From Candidatus Wolframiiraptor sinensis (lineage in GTDB: Archaea > Thermoproteota > Nitrososphaeria_A > Caldarchaeales > Wolframiiraptoraceae), in assembly GCA_023261815.1 (NCBI GenBank), contig JALNKA010000015.1, forward strand, positions 1 through 28,401: a stretch of DNA of 28,401 nt, in the 5' to 3' direction. This document shows, piece after piece, positions 16,691 through 26,016 of the stretch; the first letter of the stretch is position 1, and each line of letters opens with the position of its first letter. The notes under the pieces were generated by a model. That model ran no database searches and was not told the origin of the DNA. It saw only the letters and a program-made list of their open reading frames with translations. The position numbers were made by a program, and so were the translations under genes.

Positions 16691-17862
16691 TAGCCGCCCG
16701 GCTTCTTCGCGGCCAGCGTCTTGAGAGAATCATCGAGCTTCTCGCCGAGCTCCTCTATATCCCGCCCCGTGATCATGTATGGTGGTAGAAGCCTCAACAC
16801 GGTTAGCCCGGCCCTGAGAGCGAGAACGCCCCTCGACTGGAGCTCTTGGATGCATGGCGCCGGATTCCACCTGAGCTCGAGCCCCCTCATCAGCCCAAGC
16901 CCCCTTACGCCTCTAACGCTCTCCGGGTTATCCGACGCGACCTTCTCCAGCATTCTGCCCATGAGCTCGCCGGCCTCAGCAGCCTTCTCAACGACGCGAT
17001 CCTCGAGCAGAGCCCTTATCCCGCCTTTGAGCGCCGCTAGGGCCAGGGGGTTTCCGCCATGCGTTGAGCCGTGCGCGCCGGCCTCGATCTTCTCGCCGAC
17101 CTCCTTCCTCACGACCGTTATGCTCACGGGGAAGCCCCCGCCTATGCTCTTCCCAGCCACGAGTATATCCGGCTCGACGCCGCTTCTCTGATAGGCCCAG
17201 AGAACCCCGGTCCTACCAAAGCCCGACTGAACCTCATCGATTATCATGAGCGCGCCGGCCGCGTCGCATCTATCCCTTATCGCTTTGAGGAACTCGGGCG
17301 TCGCGGCGGAGAGCCCGCCCTCCCCCTGAACCGGCTCGACGATCACTCCCGCCGCCCTCTCATCCACCGCCCTCTCAACGGCTCCGGCATCGTTGTAGGG
17401 CAGGAACTCGACCTCCCAGGGAAATGGATCATAATCCCGCCTGTAGCTTGGGTTCCACGTCATGGCGAGGGCGCCCATCGTCCTCCCATGGAAGCCGTTG
17501 ATGAAGGAGATGAACCTCCTCCTCCCCGTTATTCTTCTAGCGAGCTTGAGGGAGAGCTCGACCGCCTCGCTACCCGAGTTCAGGAGATAGAAGTGCGTGA
17601 GACGTCTCGGGAGAATCTTCTCGAGAAGCCTGATTACCTCATCCTTCAAATCCGAGTCGAAGACCGGCGATAAGACCATGATCTTCTCGAGCTGATTCCT
17701 GATTTCCTCGACGACTATGGGGTTCCTATGCCCTAGGAAGGCGACGCCGTGGCCCGTGTGGCAGTCGAGATATCTCCTCCCCGCGTCATCCCAGACATAC
17801 TGGCCCTCGCCCCTGACTATCTTGAGATTTCTCGGAGCATAGAAGCTCATGAGCTTGAGCAC
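16690..17862 (-). CDS. lysJ: [LysW]-aminoadipate/glutamate semialdehyde transaminase (class III PLP aminotransferase)
   Basis: NSGSEA, FHGRTMG, VEPVQGEGG, DEVQSGFGRTG, AGKSIGGG, HGSTHGGNPL; lies between lysX and lysK. GGAGGTG favours GTG 17862 over 17871. Confidence 0.9.
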   Translation of the reverse strand: MLKLMSFYAPRNLKIVRGEGQYVWDDAGRRYLDCHTGHGVAFLGHRNPIVVEEIRNQLEKIMVLSPVFDSDLKDEVIRLLEKILPRRLTHFYLLNSGSEAVELSLKLARRITGRRRFISFINGFHGRTMGALAMTWNPSYRRDYDPFPWEVEFLPYNDAGAVERAVDERAAGVIVEPVQGEGGLSAATPEFLKAIRDRCDAAGALMIIDEVQSGFGRTGVLWAYQRSGVEPDILVAGKSIGGGFPVSITVVRKEVGEKIEAGAHGSTHGGNPLALAALKGGIRALLEDRVVEKAAEAGELMGRMLEKVASDNPESVRGVRGLGLMRGLELRWNPAPCIQELQSRGVLALRAGLTVLRLLPPYMITGRDIEELGEKLDDSLKTLAAKKPGG

Positions 17863-17913
17863 TTCGCGCACCTCCTGAAGCGGCTAAACGCCGGCTTAAT
17901 ATGGTTTGCCGAA

Positions 17914-18756
17914 TCACCTTCTAAGCCTCTCCACAGTCTTCTCGATTATTAGCCGCGATATGTCGATGCCGGTGACGGAGGCCACGTTCTTGTATTGGGG
18001 TATCCCGTTAACCTCGAGGGCCATGCACTTCTCTCCCTCCTCCACGAGGTCCACGCCGAGGACCCCTCCGCCCATTATGTCGCCAACTCTTCTGACCAGC
18101 TCGATCTGATCCTCAGATAGCTCGGCCTTGACTGCGCGGCCCCCGAGCGCGGTATTCGTCTTCCAGCGCTCGCTCACCCTGTAGATCGCGGCCGGAACAT
18201 CGCCCCAGACATAGCAGGCCCTAATATCCCTGCCCGGCTTATTCACGTATCTCTGGAGATAATGGACCTTGAAGTGGGGGCTCTGCATGTTCTCCCTGAA
18301 CTCTATTATTTCCTCGAGGCTCTCCCTATCCAGCGCCCTGGCTATCATCCTCCCCCAGCTCCCGTAAATGGGCTTTATGACTACCGGGTATCCGAGCTTC
18401 TCGGCGGCCTCGATGCACGCCTCCCTGCTGAAGGCTATCACGGTCTCTGGGACCGGTATGCCGTTCCTCGCGAGCCTGGCGGTCGTGAGAAGCTTATCCT
18501 CGCAAGCGTAAATTATCTCCGAGGAGTTCACGACGGGTATGTCCCAGCCCTCCAAGATTATCGTCGAGGCTAAGGCGCGGTAGAAGCTGACGCATCGCTG
18601 GAAGACCGCATCCAAGTTAAAGCTCCTTGCACCATTAATCCAGAAGGCTCTCTTGGTAACCTGCAAGGGCACAGCTTCGTGTCCGAGATCCCGTATCGCC
18701 CTCGCGAGATCCTTCTCCTCCCACCTAATTACATCATAGGCTATCCCTATCCTCAA
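17914..18756 (-). CDS. lysX: LysX/ArgX-family ATP-grasp amino acid-LysW ligase
   Basis: IRWEEK, QRCVS, KPIYGSWGR, KPGRDIR, IYR...WKTNTALGG, EVNGIP; GGTGA lies 9 nt before the TTG. Confidence 0.9.
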   Translation of the reverse strand: MRIGIAYDVIRWEEKDLARAIRDLGHEAVPLQVTKRAFWINGARSFNLDAVFQRCVSFYRALASTIILEGWDIPVVNSSEIIYACEDKLLTTARLARNGIPVPETVIAFSREACIEAAEKLGYPVVIKPIYGSWGRMIARALDRESLEEIIEFRENMQSPHFKVHYLQRYVNKPGRDIRACYVWGDVPAAIYRVSERWKTNTALGGRAVKAELSEDQIELVRRVGDIMGGGVLGVDLVEEGEKCMALEVNGIPQYKNVASVTGIDISRLIIEKTVERLRR

Positions 18757-18927
18757 AGCAGCTATTCACCTTCCCCCAGCCAATCCACGCTTAACTTAAT
18801 CCACCCGATTATTAGGAATAACCTCCGGAAGCAGGCCGCGTCATCAGGTCTTTTGAAGCCGGTTTAAATAACTAGATCCCCCCTCGACATTTAAGCTTTA
18901 ATTATTGCGCAGATTTCCCTTGATCCC

Positions 18928-19293
18928 TTGGGGGCCGGCTCTTTGCTCTCTCAGGGATTTCTCAAAATCTGGTTTGCCGGCGAGCTAGATGATGAAGCTA
19001 TTGAGCGGCTTAGGAGGAAGATCGCGGAAGCCCTAGCCCGCCATGAGCGGAGAATACTCTTCAGATTCTACTTGAATGAGGGTTCTCGCGAGCCCTACTA
19101 CGAGGCCCTGCGAAGAATTCTTCTGGACAATGTTTCGCTAAGCATCGTTATCGAGGAGAGGCCGGCTTCCGAGCTCCAGAATGATCTCGAGAGGGAGTCG
19201 GGCGAGATACTGCTCATAGTTGGCAGGGGTGCTCCGAGAACTTTGCCGGGCCCTAATCTGGTGGTTGAGGAGGTGGGGAGAGGTGGCCGGTAA
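18928..19293 (+). CDS. Hypothetical protein (121 aa)
   Basis: Fills the gap after an AT-rich promoter zone, has alpha/beta-like composition, and overlaps the start of the next gene by 11 nt. Start uncertain. Confidence 0.65.
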   Translation: MGAGSLLSQGFLKIWFAGELDDEAIERLRRKIAEALARHERRILFRFYLNEGSREPYYEALRRILLDNVSLSIVIEERPASELQNDLERESGEILLIVGRGAPRTLPGPNLVVEEVGRGGR

Positions 19294-20836
19294 CGGGCTT
19301 GAGATAATCTTGACGACTGATCGGAGCATGATGACGACGCATCACGGGAAGGAGTTTCTAGGATTCATGGCGACGGCGCCCGCGATAGGGATGCCGGAGA
19401 AGCTCTGGATGTGGATAGCCTGCCCGAAAATGAAGACGGATTCCGCGGGAAGGCCCTGGCAGGCGCCCTACGCTCTGAGGAAGCTCGAGGCCCTCCTGCA
19501 GGACCACGGATACGATGCAGCGGTAATAGACCCGGATCACGTGAACAGGTATCTGGCGAGGGCCAAAGTGCTTATGCTCAGCCATCACGACTACTTCGCG
19601 CTGTGCCCGCCGAGCAGCGAGTGGTGGGTCGTCACGAAGAAGGAGCCCGTGAACGCCAAGAGCTTCAAGAGCTTCATGAAGAGCTTGAACCTCGCTGAGG
19701 CGAAGAAAAGAGGCCTGAAGATAATCGTCGGAGGCCCGGCGGCGTGGCAATGGCTCTACAAGCCGGATCTAGTCGAGGAATGGGGGATAGATACGATCGT
19801 CGATGGCGAGGGCGAGCGCGTGGTCTTAGATTTGCTCGAAAGGATTTACGCGGGCGAGCCGCTACCGAGATATATCTTCGTCGGCCCGAGCGATGTTCCA
19901 TCAATAGAGGAGATACCGCTGATAAAGATGCCGAGCATTAACGGGCTCATCGAGATAATGCGGGGATGCCCAAGGGGCTGCAGGTTCTGCTCGGTAACCC
20001 TCAGGCCCCTACGCCACATACCGCTTGACAGAATCGAGAAAGAAATGCTCGTGAACCTAGAGGGGGGAGTTGATTCAGGGATACTGCACTCGGAGGATGT
20101 TCTTCTCTACGGCGCGAGGGGCCTTAAGCTGAACCCCGACGCGCTGATAAAGCTCCATCATCTGGCGAGAAAATACTGGAAATCAATAGCCTGGAGCCAC
20201 GCAAGCCTGGCGGCGATAAAGAACGCTGAGGAGGAGCATCACCTCATATCCAAGATAATGGAGATAGTTAAGAGCGGTGGGCAGGAGTACCTGGGCGTCG
20301 AGGTGGGAATTGAGACCGGGTCGGTGCGGCTCGCGAAGAAGATTATGCCCGCGAAATCCGCCCCCTACCCGCCCGAGAAATGGCCTGAGATAGTTGAGGA
20401 TGCTTTCGCGATAATGCACGAGAACAACATAGTTCCCGCCGCAACCCTGATACTCGGCCTGCCCGAGGAGACGCCGGACGACCTGATGAAGACCGCCGAA
20501 CTACTCGACAGGCTCAGGCCATATAGATCACTCATCGTGCCCATGTTCTTCGTCCCGATGGGCATCTTGAAAAATAAGGACTGGTTCACAGACGTGAAGG
20601 TGACGGATGAGCACATAGAGGTCATGAGAAGATGCCTGTGGCACAGCATATACTGGGCCGAGAAAATCATAGGCGAATTTTATCTCAAGAATCCGAGATA
20701 TTTCCCGCTGAAATGGATGCTCCAGCTTTTCCTGAAATACGTCACATTCAAGGGCAAGCTGGTTGAGAGGAAGCTCGAGTTGACGCCGCTGGGCCGCAGG
20801 GAACGCGGGAGAGAGGCTCTCGCGGCGGCTCAGTAA
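19283..20836 (+). CDS. grsB: B12-binding-like radical SAM protein, GDGT ring synthase (Grs) family candidate
   Basis: GCPRGCRFC; [49 protein letters not shown] and GIETGS recall Sulfolobales Grs proteins. GrsB versus GrsA is not certain. GGAGGTG lies 7 nt before GTG 19283. Confidence 0.7.
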   Translation: MAGNGLEIILTTDRSMMTTHHGKEFLGFMATAPAIGMPEKLWMWIACPKMKTDSAGRPWQAPYALRKLEALLQDHGYDAAVIDPDHVNRYLARAKVLMLSHHDYFALCPPSSEWWVVTKKEPVNAKSFKSFMKSLNLAEAKKRGLKIIVGGPAAWQWLYKPDLVEEWGIDTIVDGEGERVVLDLLERIYAGEPLPRYIFVGPSDVPSIEEIPLIKMPSINGLIEIMRGCPRGCRFCSVTLRPLRHIPLDRIEKEMLVNLEGGVDSGILHSEDVLLYGARGLKLNPDALIKLHHLARKYWKSIAWSHASLAAIKNAEEEHHLISKIMEIVKSGGQEYLGVEVGIETGSVRLAKKIMPAKSAPYPPEKWPEIVEDAFAIMHENNIVPAATLILGLPEETPDDLMKTAELLDRLRPYRSLIVPMFFVPMGILKNKDWFTDVKVTDEHIEVMRRCLWHSIYWAEKIIGEFYLKNPRYFPLKWMLQLFLKYVTFKGKLVERKLELTPLGRRERGREALAAAQ

Positions 20837-20850
20837 GGCCTCCTCGCAAA

Positions 20851-21792
20851 CTAGACTACTGAGGCAAATGTTACTGCCTGGAAGACCACATGTGACGTGA
20901 AGAAGATTATGAGCGCAGCTAGGGCGGCGGTCGCGCCGTCAAGCCTCCTGCCATATGCTATGAGGCCTGTGAGAAGCGGTAGTGCTAGCACCTGAGATAT
21001 CGTTGAGAGCGTGCCGGTTACTAGGTAATATTGCGCGGTCCTCTCAGCCGGGATTATGCTCAGGCTGAAAAGCCTGTTCACAGATAATATTGCTGGATAG
21101 AGCATCAGAGGTAGCTGAGCGACCGCTAAAGCCCCCACGAACTTGACCTCATCCCAGATAGAATGCCATGCAATGCTTCTAATTCTGGCCATAAGTCCTC
21201 CTTCGCCTCCTCTGAACAGCGCGCCCGAGAATATTATCGAGAGCACCGTTGATAAGATATAGAGGATACCAATGTTCAGCAGATATTGTCCGGCTATTCG
21301 AAGTACATTGGGTTCAACCCTGTAGAAGTGGAGCATGAGCGGCGCTTGGCGAGTGTAAATGAGGAGGGCGACGGATAGGATCGCGCTGAGAGCCGGTAGT
21401 ATCATGAAGACGGTCCTTTGCTCGTAAAGCGGCGTGTAGAGCCATAGGGGAAAGAACATGCTCTTGAATATCGAAAGAACTCTGCTCCGCTGGTTCTGTT
21501 CCATCAAGTCCGCCGCGGTGATCGTTCCCTTCTCCTTCAACGCCCTATACACCCTCAGCCCCTCCTCGGTTAGCATGTAGTTCTTGTCGCCATCCTGTGT
21601 TACGAATCTTCTCAGCTGCCTTAGATTGTAGTAGAGCGACCCCGTGCTTATCTTCAGGGTATCCCTGAGGGTGGTCGCGCTTATCTTACCGGCGTCGCCT
21701 ATGGCCAAGAGTATCCTCCTCCTCGTCTTGTATCTGAGAAGCCAGACAAGCTCATCCTCGCTAGGCTCTCTAAGGGCTGCGACCAGCATCAC
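20851..21792 (-). CDS. ArsR-like winged-helix regulator fused to a polytopic membrane domain
   Basis: TRRRILLAI...SATTLRDTLKISTGSLYYNLRQL...YMLTEEG, followed by about 5-6 hydrophobic segments. Confidence 0.8.
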   Translation of the reverse strand: MMLVAALREPSEDELVWLLRYKTRRRILLAIGDAGKISATTLRDTLKISTGSLYYNLRQLRRFVTQDGDKNYMLTEEGLRVYRALKEKGTITAADLMEQNQRSRVLSIFKSMFFPLWLYTPLYEQRTVFMILPALSAILSVALLIYTRQAPLMLHFYRVEPNVLRIAGQYLLNIGILYILSTVLSIIFSGALFRGGEGGLMARIRSIAWHSIWDEVKFVGALAVAQLPLMLYPAILSVNRLFSLSIIPAERTAQYYLVTGTLSTISQVLALPLLTGLIAYGRRLDGATAALAALIIFFTSHVVFQAVTFASVV

Positions 21793-21904
21793 ATTTCCCC
21801 AGTTACTTCTGGAGATGGGAGGATAAAAGTCCTAATCCCCCCGTCGAGAGATCAGCTTAAATAAGGATAAATCCGAGATAAGACTTGGAGATGATCGAAA
21901 TAAT

Positions 21905-22480
21905 ATGAGCTGGGTTGAGGACGCGGTATCATTTCGAGCAGCGATCAGGCGCAGCGGAAACAGCTTAGTGATAACGATCCCAGTAGAGCTGAGCCAGAGA
22001 TTTCTTCTCAAGGAGGGGCAGGAGCTCCTGATCTACGGGCTCTCGAGAAGCGGCCCAGACTTCGAGGGCGCCCTCCAAGTATATCTGGGCTACTTCGTGG
22101 TTCATGAGAAGGCTCCAGCTCTCCTCATGAAAATTGATGTGGGAGACAAGCCGCTGAGAAGATTGCAGGAAGTTGTTGATGAGATTTGTAGAAGGCACTT
22201 CCCATCTAGGGCGGGACTAAGGATGCTGGGCGAGTCCGAGGCGGAGATAGAACTTGTTTTCGGCGCAATAACACCTACAGCCATTCGAAGGTTGAGGGAG
22301 GTGAGCGAGGTGGAGGCGGCGGCCGCCGAGCTCGAGTTCGCCCTATCATCCGCGGGATTCAAGGTTCTCGAGAAGAGAATCGAGGAGAAGATAGTCGAGT
22401 GGAGGGGCATAGATCCCGCGAAGATCTCAAAGGCGCCATACAAAGTCTCGGAGGTCGTCAGGTGGCGGTGGGAGCTATAG
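21905..22480 (+). CDS. AbrB/MazE/SpoVT-family DNA-binding domain protein with C-terminal alpha/beta domain
   Basis: IRRSGNSLVITIP.E....F.LKEGQEL swapped-hairpin signature. Confidence 0.75.
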   Translation: MSWVEDAVSFRAAIRRSGNSLVITIPVELSQRFLLKEGQELLIYGLSRSGPDFEGALQVYLGYFVVHEKAPALLMKIDVGDKPLRRLQEVVDEICRRHFPSRAGLRMLGESEAEIELVFGAITPTAIRRLREVSEVEAAAAELEFALSSAGFKVLEKRIEEKIVEWRGIDPAKISKAPYKVSEVVRWRWEL

Positions 22481-22501
22481 AATTCGTGAGATGATGCGGC
22501 A

Positions 22502-23788
22502 ATGAAGCTCTTCGCTGACCTACATCTGCATAGCAGATATTCCGGCGGCACATCTCAGCGGATGAACATTCCAGAGCTGATGGCATTCGCGAGGCTTAAG
22601 GGCCTAGACGTGCTCGGCACCGGCGACGCACTGCACCCCTCTTGGCTAAGAGAACTCAAGAGAGATCTGGAGCCTGATCCAGGCGGTCTTTATAGGCCCA
22701 AAACAGGCCAAAATATCTACTTCATCCCCCAGGCCGAGGTGGCCACAATCCACCAGCACAAGAACAGGGCTAGAAGGATTCACCACGTGATCTTGATGCC
22801 GAGCCTAGAGATCGCCGAGCAGCTCTCGGAAATGCTCAGCCGATTCGGCGACATGTCCTCGGATGGGAGGCCTGTTCTAAGCATGCATCCCGCGGAGCTC
22901 GTCGAGCTTGCCATGAACCTCGACTCGAAGAACGTGATCTTCCCGGCCCACGTTTGGACTCCATGGTGGTCCATATTCGGCGCGAGAAGCGGTGTTGACA
23001 GCATGGAGGAATGCTATGAGGATCAGGTGAAGCATATTCACGCAATCGAGACCGGGCTGAGTAGCGATCCGCCGATGAACTGGAGGGTTAGCGGTCTCCA
23101 CCGATACACGATCCTCAGCTTCTCGGATTCCCATAGCCCATACCCCTACAGGCTTGGAAGAGAGGCGACGGTCTTCGAGGTAGAATCGCCCACCTATCAG
23201 AACATCCACGAGGCGATAGTGAAGAGAACCGGAAAGAATCGCGTCGAGCTCACGATAGAGGTTCCGCCAGCCTATGGGAAATACCACTGGTCTGGTCACA
23301 GGAAGTGTGGCGTCGGCCCCATACCCCCCGAGGAGGCCAGGAGAATGGGTTACAAGTGCCCGGTTTGCGGAAAGACCTTGACGAAGGGCGTTGATGACCG
23401 GGTTGAGGAGCTGGCCGATAAGCCCCGGGGATACACGCCCGAGAATGCTCAAGGCTTCATCTACCTACTGCCGTTGCAGGAGCTGATAGCGCTCGCGATG
23501 GGCGTCGAGCCGGAGTCCGAGGCAGCGCTGAACTCAAAGAAGGTCTGGAGCATCTATGAGCAGCTTGTAAGCGCGTTCGGAAGCGAGCTCAAGGTTCTGC
23601 TTGAAGCCGACTTGGAAGAGATTGCCAGGGCCTCGAGCAGGGAGATCGCAAGCATAATCGCGAAGCTTAGAGGCGGCGAGATAAAGCTGATACCCGGCTA
23701 CGACGGCGTCTACGGCAAGATTGTTCTAGAAGAGCAGGCTGGCAGGAAAATCGGCATAGACTTCAAAAGGCTTGAGGACTTCTTATGA
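22502..23788 (+). CDS. endoQ: Endonuclease Q family protein (PHP domain plus zinc finger)
   Basis: ADLHLHSRYS, GTGD, DGRP, PAHVWTPW, ETGLSSD, SDSHS, GKYH...CPVCG...GV..RV.ELAD, PGYDGVYG. Confidence 0.88.
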   Translation: MKLFADLHLHSRYSGGTSQRMNIPELMAFARLKGLDVLGTGDALHPSWLRELKRDLEPDPGGLYRPKTGQNIYFIPQAEVATIHQHKNRARRIHHVILMPSLEIAEQLSEMLSRFGDMSSDGRPVLSMHPAELVELAMNLDSKNVIFPAHVWTPWWSIFGARSGVDSMEECYEDQVKHIHAIETGLSSDPPMNWRVSGLHRYTILSFSDSHSPYPYRLGREATVFEVESPTYQNIHEAIVKRTGKNRVELTIEVPPAYGKYHWSGHRKCGVGPIPPEEARRMGYKCPVCGKTLTKGVDDRVEELADKPRGYTPENAQGFIYLLPLQELIALAMGVEPESEAALNSKKVWSIYEQLVSAFGSELKVLLEADLEEIARASSREIASIIAKLRGGEIKLIPGYDGVYGKIVLEEQAGRKIGIDFKRLEDFL

Positions 23789-24048
23789 CATCAAGCGGCG
23801 CGCCCGATCAAAAGATTCAACGAAGTTAAGAGCTGATCAACCACGAGGATCATCCTAAAGCTATTCGGTGGGCAAGCCGAGTTGTGGATGCCATGAGGAA
23901 GCCCCCGGGAGCGGATAAAAAGCATTTTCTCAAAAATGTGAGGGGCTGAAAGCAGAGGGGAACCTTTCAGGCCGTTACTTCATTAAAACTATATTTGGCG
24001 GTGCTTTCTCTAACTTTCAAGCTTATTTGGGGGTTGAGGGCATGGCAG

Positions 24049-25671
24049 GTGTTTCACAAATCGGCTCTTAAGACGCTTCCACGCGAGGTCGAGATATTAG
24101 ATGCAACCCTGAGAGAGGGCCAGCAGTGCAGGGGCGTAAACTTCACCCTAGATGCAAGGATCAGGATAGCTAGGGAGCTCGACGAGCTCGGAGTTCACTT
24201 CATCGAGGCCGGATGGCCCGCCGCCAGCCCGAAGGATAGGGAGGTTTTCGAGAGGCTTTCCGAGATCGGGCTCAAGAACTCCGGGGTCGCGGCCTTCACG
24301 ATGACGAGGAGGAGGGAGGTTCCAGTGGAGAAGGATCCGAGCCTAAATGAGGTGATTCAATGCGGCGTTAACATTGCTGTCGTTGTCGGGAAGAGCTGGA
24401 GCCTTCACGTGAGAGAGGTTCTCAAAACGACGCTGGAAGACAACTTGAACATTGTGGCTGATAGCATCCAGTACCTCAGGGATCATGGCATTGAGGTGAT
24501 CTTTGATGCTGAGCACTTCTTCGACGGCTATAAGGAGGATCCGGACTATGCGCTGAGCGTTCTTAAAGCTGCCGAGGATGCCGGCGCGAGAACCCTCGTT
24601 CTCGCTGATACTAATGGTGGCTGCCTACCGCATGAGGTCGCGGAAATAGTCGCCGAGGTGAGGAAGAGGGTTGGAAGGCCCATCGGCATCCATGCGCACA
24701 ACGATTCGGGAAATGCCGTGGCGAACACGCTGATGGCAGTCTTATCCGGGGCAACCCATGTTCAGGTTACCGTGAACGGCATCGGGGAGAGGGCGGGAAA
24801 TGCTGATCTATGTCAGGTCATACCGAACTTGGAGCTGAAGCTGGGAGTCAGGACCGTGAAATCTGGACTGGAGGGGCTCAGGAAGCTCACTAAGCTCTCA
24901 AACCTGGTTTACGAGCTCTCGGGGATCCCTAGGAATAGGTATCAGCCATATGTCGGGGAATATGCTTTCGCTCATAAGGCCGGCCTGCACATAGACGCGA
25001 TAATGAAGAATAGGAGGGCGTATGAACACGTGGACCCGGAGCTCGTCGGGAATAGGAGGCTTCTGACTGTCTCTGATCTCAGCGGCAGATCAGCCCTCAT
25101 AGCTAGCTTAAGCGATCTCCTCGGAATAGAGCTCGACAAGAGATCCGATGAGCTTTCGAAAATGCTCGAGGAGGTTAAGCAGCTGGGGCTGAGGGAGGTC
25201 AGCTTAGATGACGCCACCGGAACAATCTCCCTGCTATTCCTGAAGCGCTTCGGAAAGTATGAACCGAAATTCGAGATCCTCGAGTGGGCCTCGCTCGCAG
25301 GAGGAGGAAGAGATGGGCCGAAAGCATATGGCCTCGTCAAGGTCAGAATCGGCGATAAGGTCAGGGTTGAGGGTGGCGAGGGAGTCGGCCCAGTCCACGC
25401 GATAGACATAGCTCTCAGAAAAGCGCTGGAGCAGGAGTATCCGGAGCTTGGGAGGGTCAAGCTAATAGATTACTGGGTGATATTGCCGGAGGCCGAAAGG
25501 GATACAGCATCCCTAGTAAGGGTCTTCGTGAAATTCACGAACGGTTCTGAGACTTGGACAACCACCGCGACCTCGACCAACATAATAGAAGCCAGCTTCG
25601 ACGCCCTCATTCAAGGGCTAGACTATTATCTCCAGGTAAAGAGACTAAAACTCGTAAGACCGGAAAAGTGA
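24049..25671 (+). CDS. cimA: Citramalate synthase (LeuA-like, DRE-TIM)
   Basis: DATLREG, GKSWSLHV, DAEHFFDGYK, DTNGG, HAHND, GERAGNAD, AFAHKAGLH, plus a LeuA regulatory domain (GVGPVHA). Start uncertain (TTG 23995, TTG 24034 or GTG 24049). Confidence 0.85.
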   Translation: MFHKSALKTLPREVEILDATLREGQQCRGVNFTLDARIRIARELDELGVHFIEAGWPAASPKDREVFERLSEIGLKNSGVAAFTMTRRREVPVEKDPSLNEVIQCGVNIAVVVGKSWSLHVREVLKTTLEDNLNIVADSIQYLRDHGIEVIFDAEHFFDGYKEDPDYALSVLKAAEDAGARTLVLADTNGGCLPHEVAEIVAEVRKRVGRPIGIHAHNDSGNAVANTLMAVLSGATHVQVTVNGIGERAGNADLCQVIPNLELKLGVRTVKSGLEGLRKLTKLSNLVYELSGIPRNRYQPYVGEYAFAHKAGLHIDAIMKNRRAYEHVDPELVGNRRLLTVSDLSGRSALIASLSDLLGIELDKRSDELSKMLEEVKQLGLREVSLDDATGTISLLFLKRFGKYEPKFEILEWASLAGGGRDGPKAYGLVKVRIGDKVRVEGGEGVGPVHAIDIALRKALEQEYPELGRVKLIDYWVILPEAERDTASLVRVFVKFTNGSETWTTTATSTNIIEASFDALIQGLDYYLQVKRLKLVRPEK

Positions 25672-25851
25672 AGGGCCCTTACATGATTAAGGCTTAAATG
25701 AAAATATGCGCCTAAAAAGATCCCGGAGCCGTAAACTGATTCACCATACAAAATTTTGGCGGTTAAGTATGAGGAAAGCCGGGTATTTAGAGCAGTGTAG
25801 GTCCTTAAATTAACATCTTTGGTAGGGCCATGTATGTTGTGTGAGAGGTTT

Positions 25852-25926
25852 TGGGCCCGCCGGGATTTGAACCCGGGACCTCCGGCTCCGCAGGCCGACG
25901 CCCTATCCAAGCTAGGCCACGGGCCC
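25852..25926 (-). tRNA. tRNA-Arg(GCG), intronless, CCA not encoded
   Basis: GGGCCCG acceptor stem, D arm GCCTAGCTTGGATAGGGC, anticodon arm TCGGC-CTGCGGA-GCCGG, T arm CCGGG-TTCAAAT-CCCGG. Confidence 0.97.
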
Positions 25927-26016
25927 TTCTAACAGCTTTTCTCAACCCGCCTGCTATTGACTTTTTCAGTTGAGAGTAAGCTTTTTCTTGAGGACTGGTA
26001 CCCGGCTTTCTAGTTC

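Noticed and set aside
18790-18847. TGATGA downstream of a TATA on the minus strand, possible C/D box sRNA
   Set aside because: No CTGA D box at a suitable distance; more likely the lysX 5' leader.
18762-18863. Minus-strand frame upstream of lysX ending VDWLGEGE*, reminiscent of LysW (EDWGE)
   Set aside because: No suitable start codon, no CxxC Zn ribbon, only about 33 codons; the G-rich end is explained by the lysX Shine-Dalgarno.
21821-21884. Repeated GGATAAA/GATAA elements between the divergent regulators
   Set aside because: Short, and partly explained by TATA-like elements of the two promoters.
23789-23994. Intergenic stretch with a 7-bp hairpin (CTGAAAG/CTTTCAG) and a 44-codon minus ORF
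   Set aside because: No recognisable RNA family motif or protein features.
25672-25926. tRNA-Arg as an integration site
   Set aside because: No duplicated tRNA 3' end or integrase seen; flanks are housekeeping genes. ORF 25626..25910 merely reads through the tRNA.
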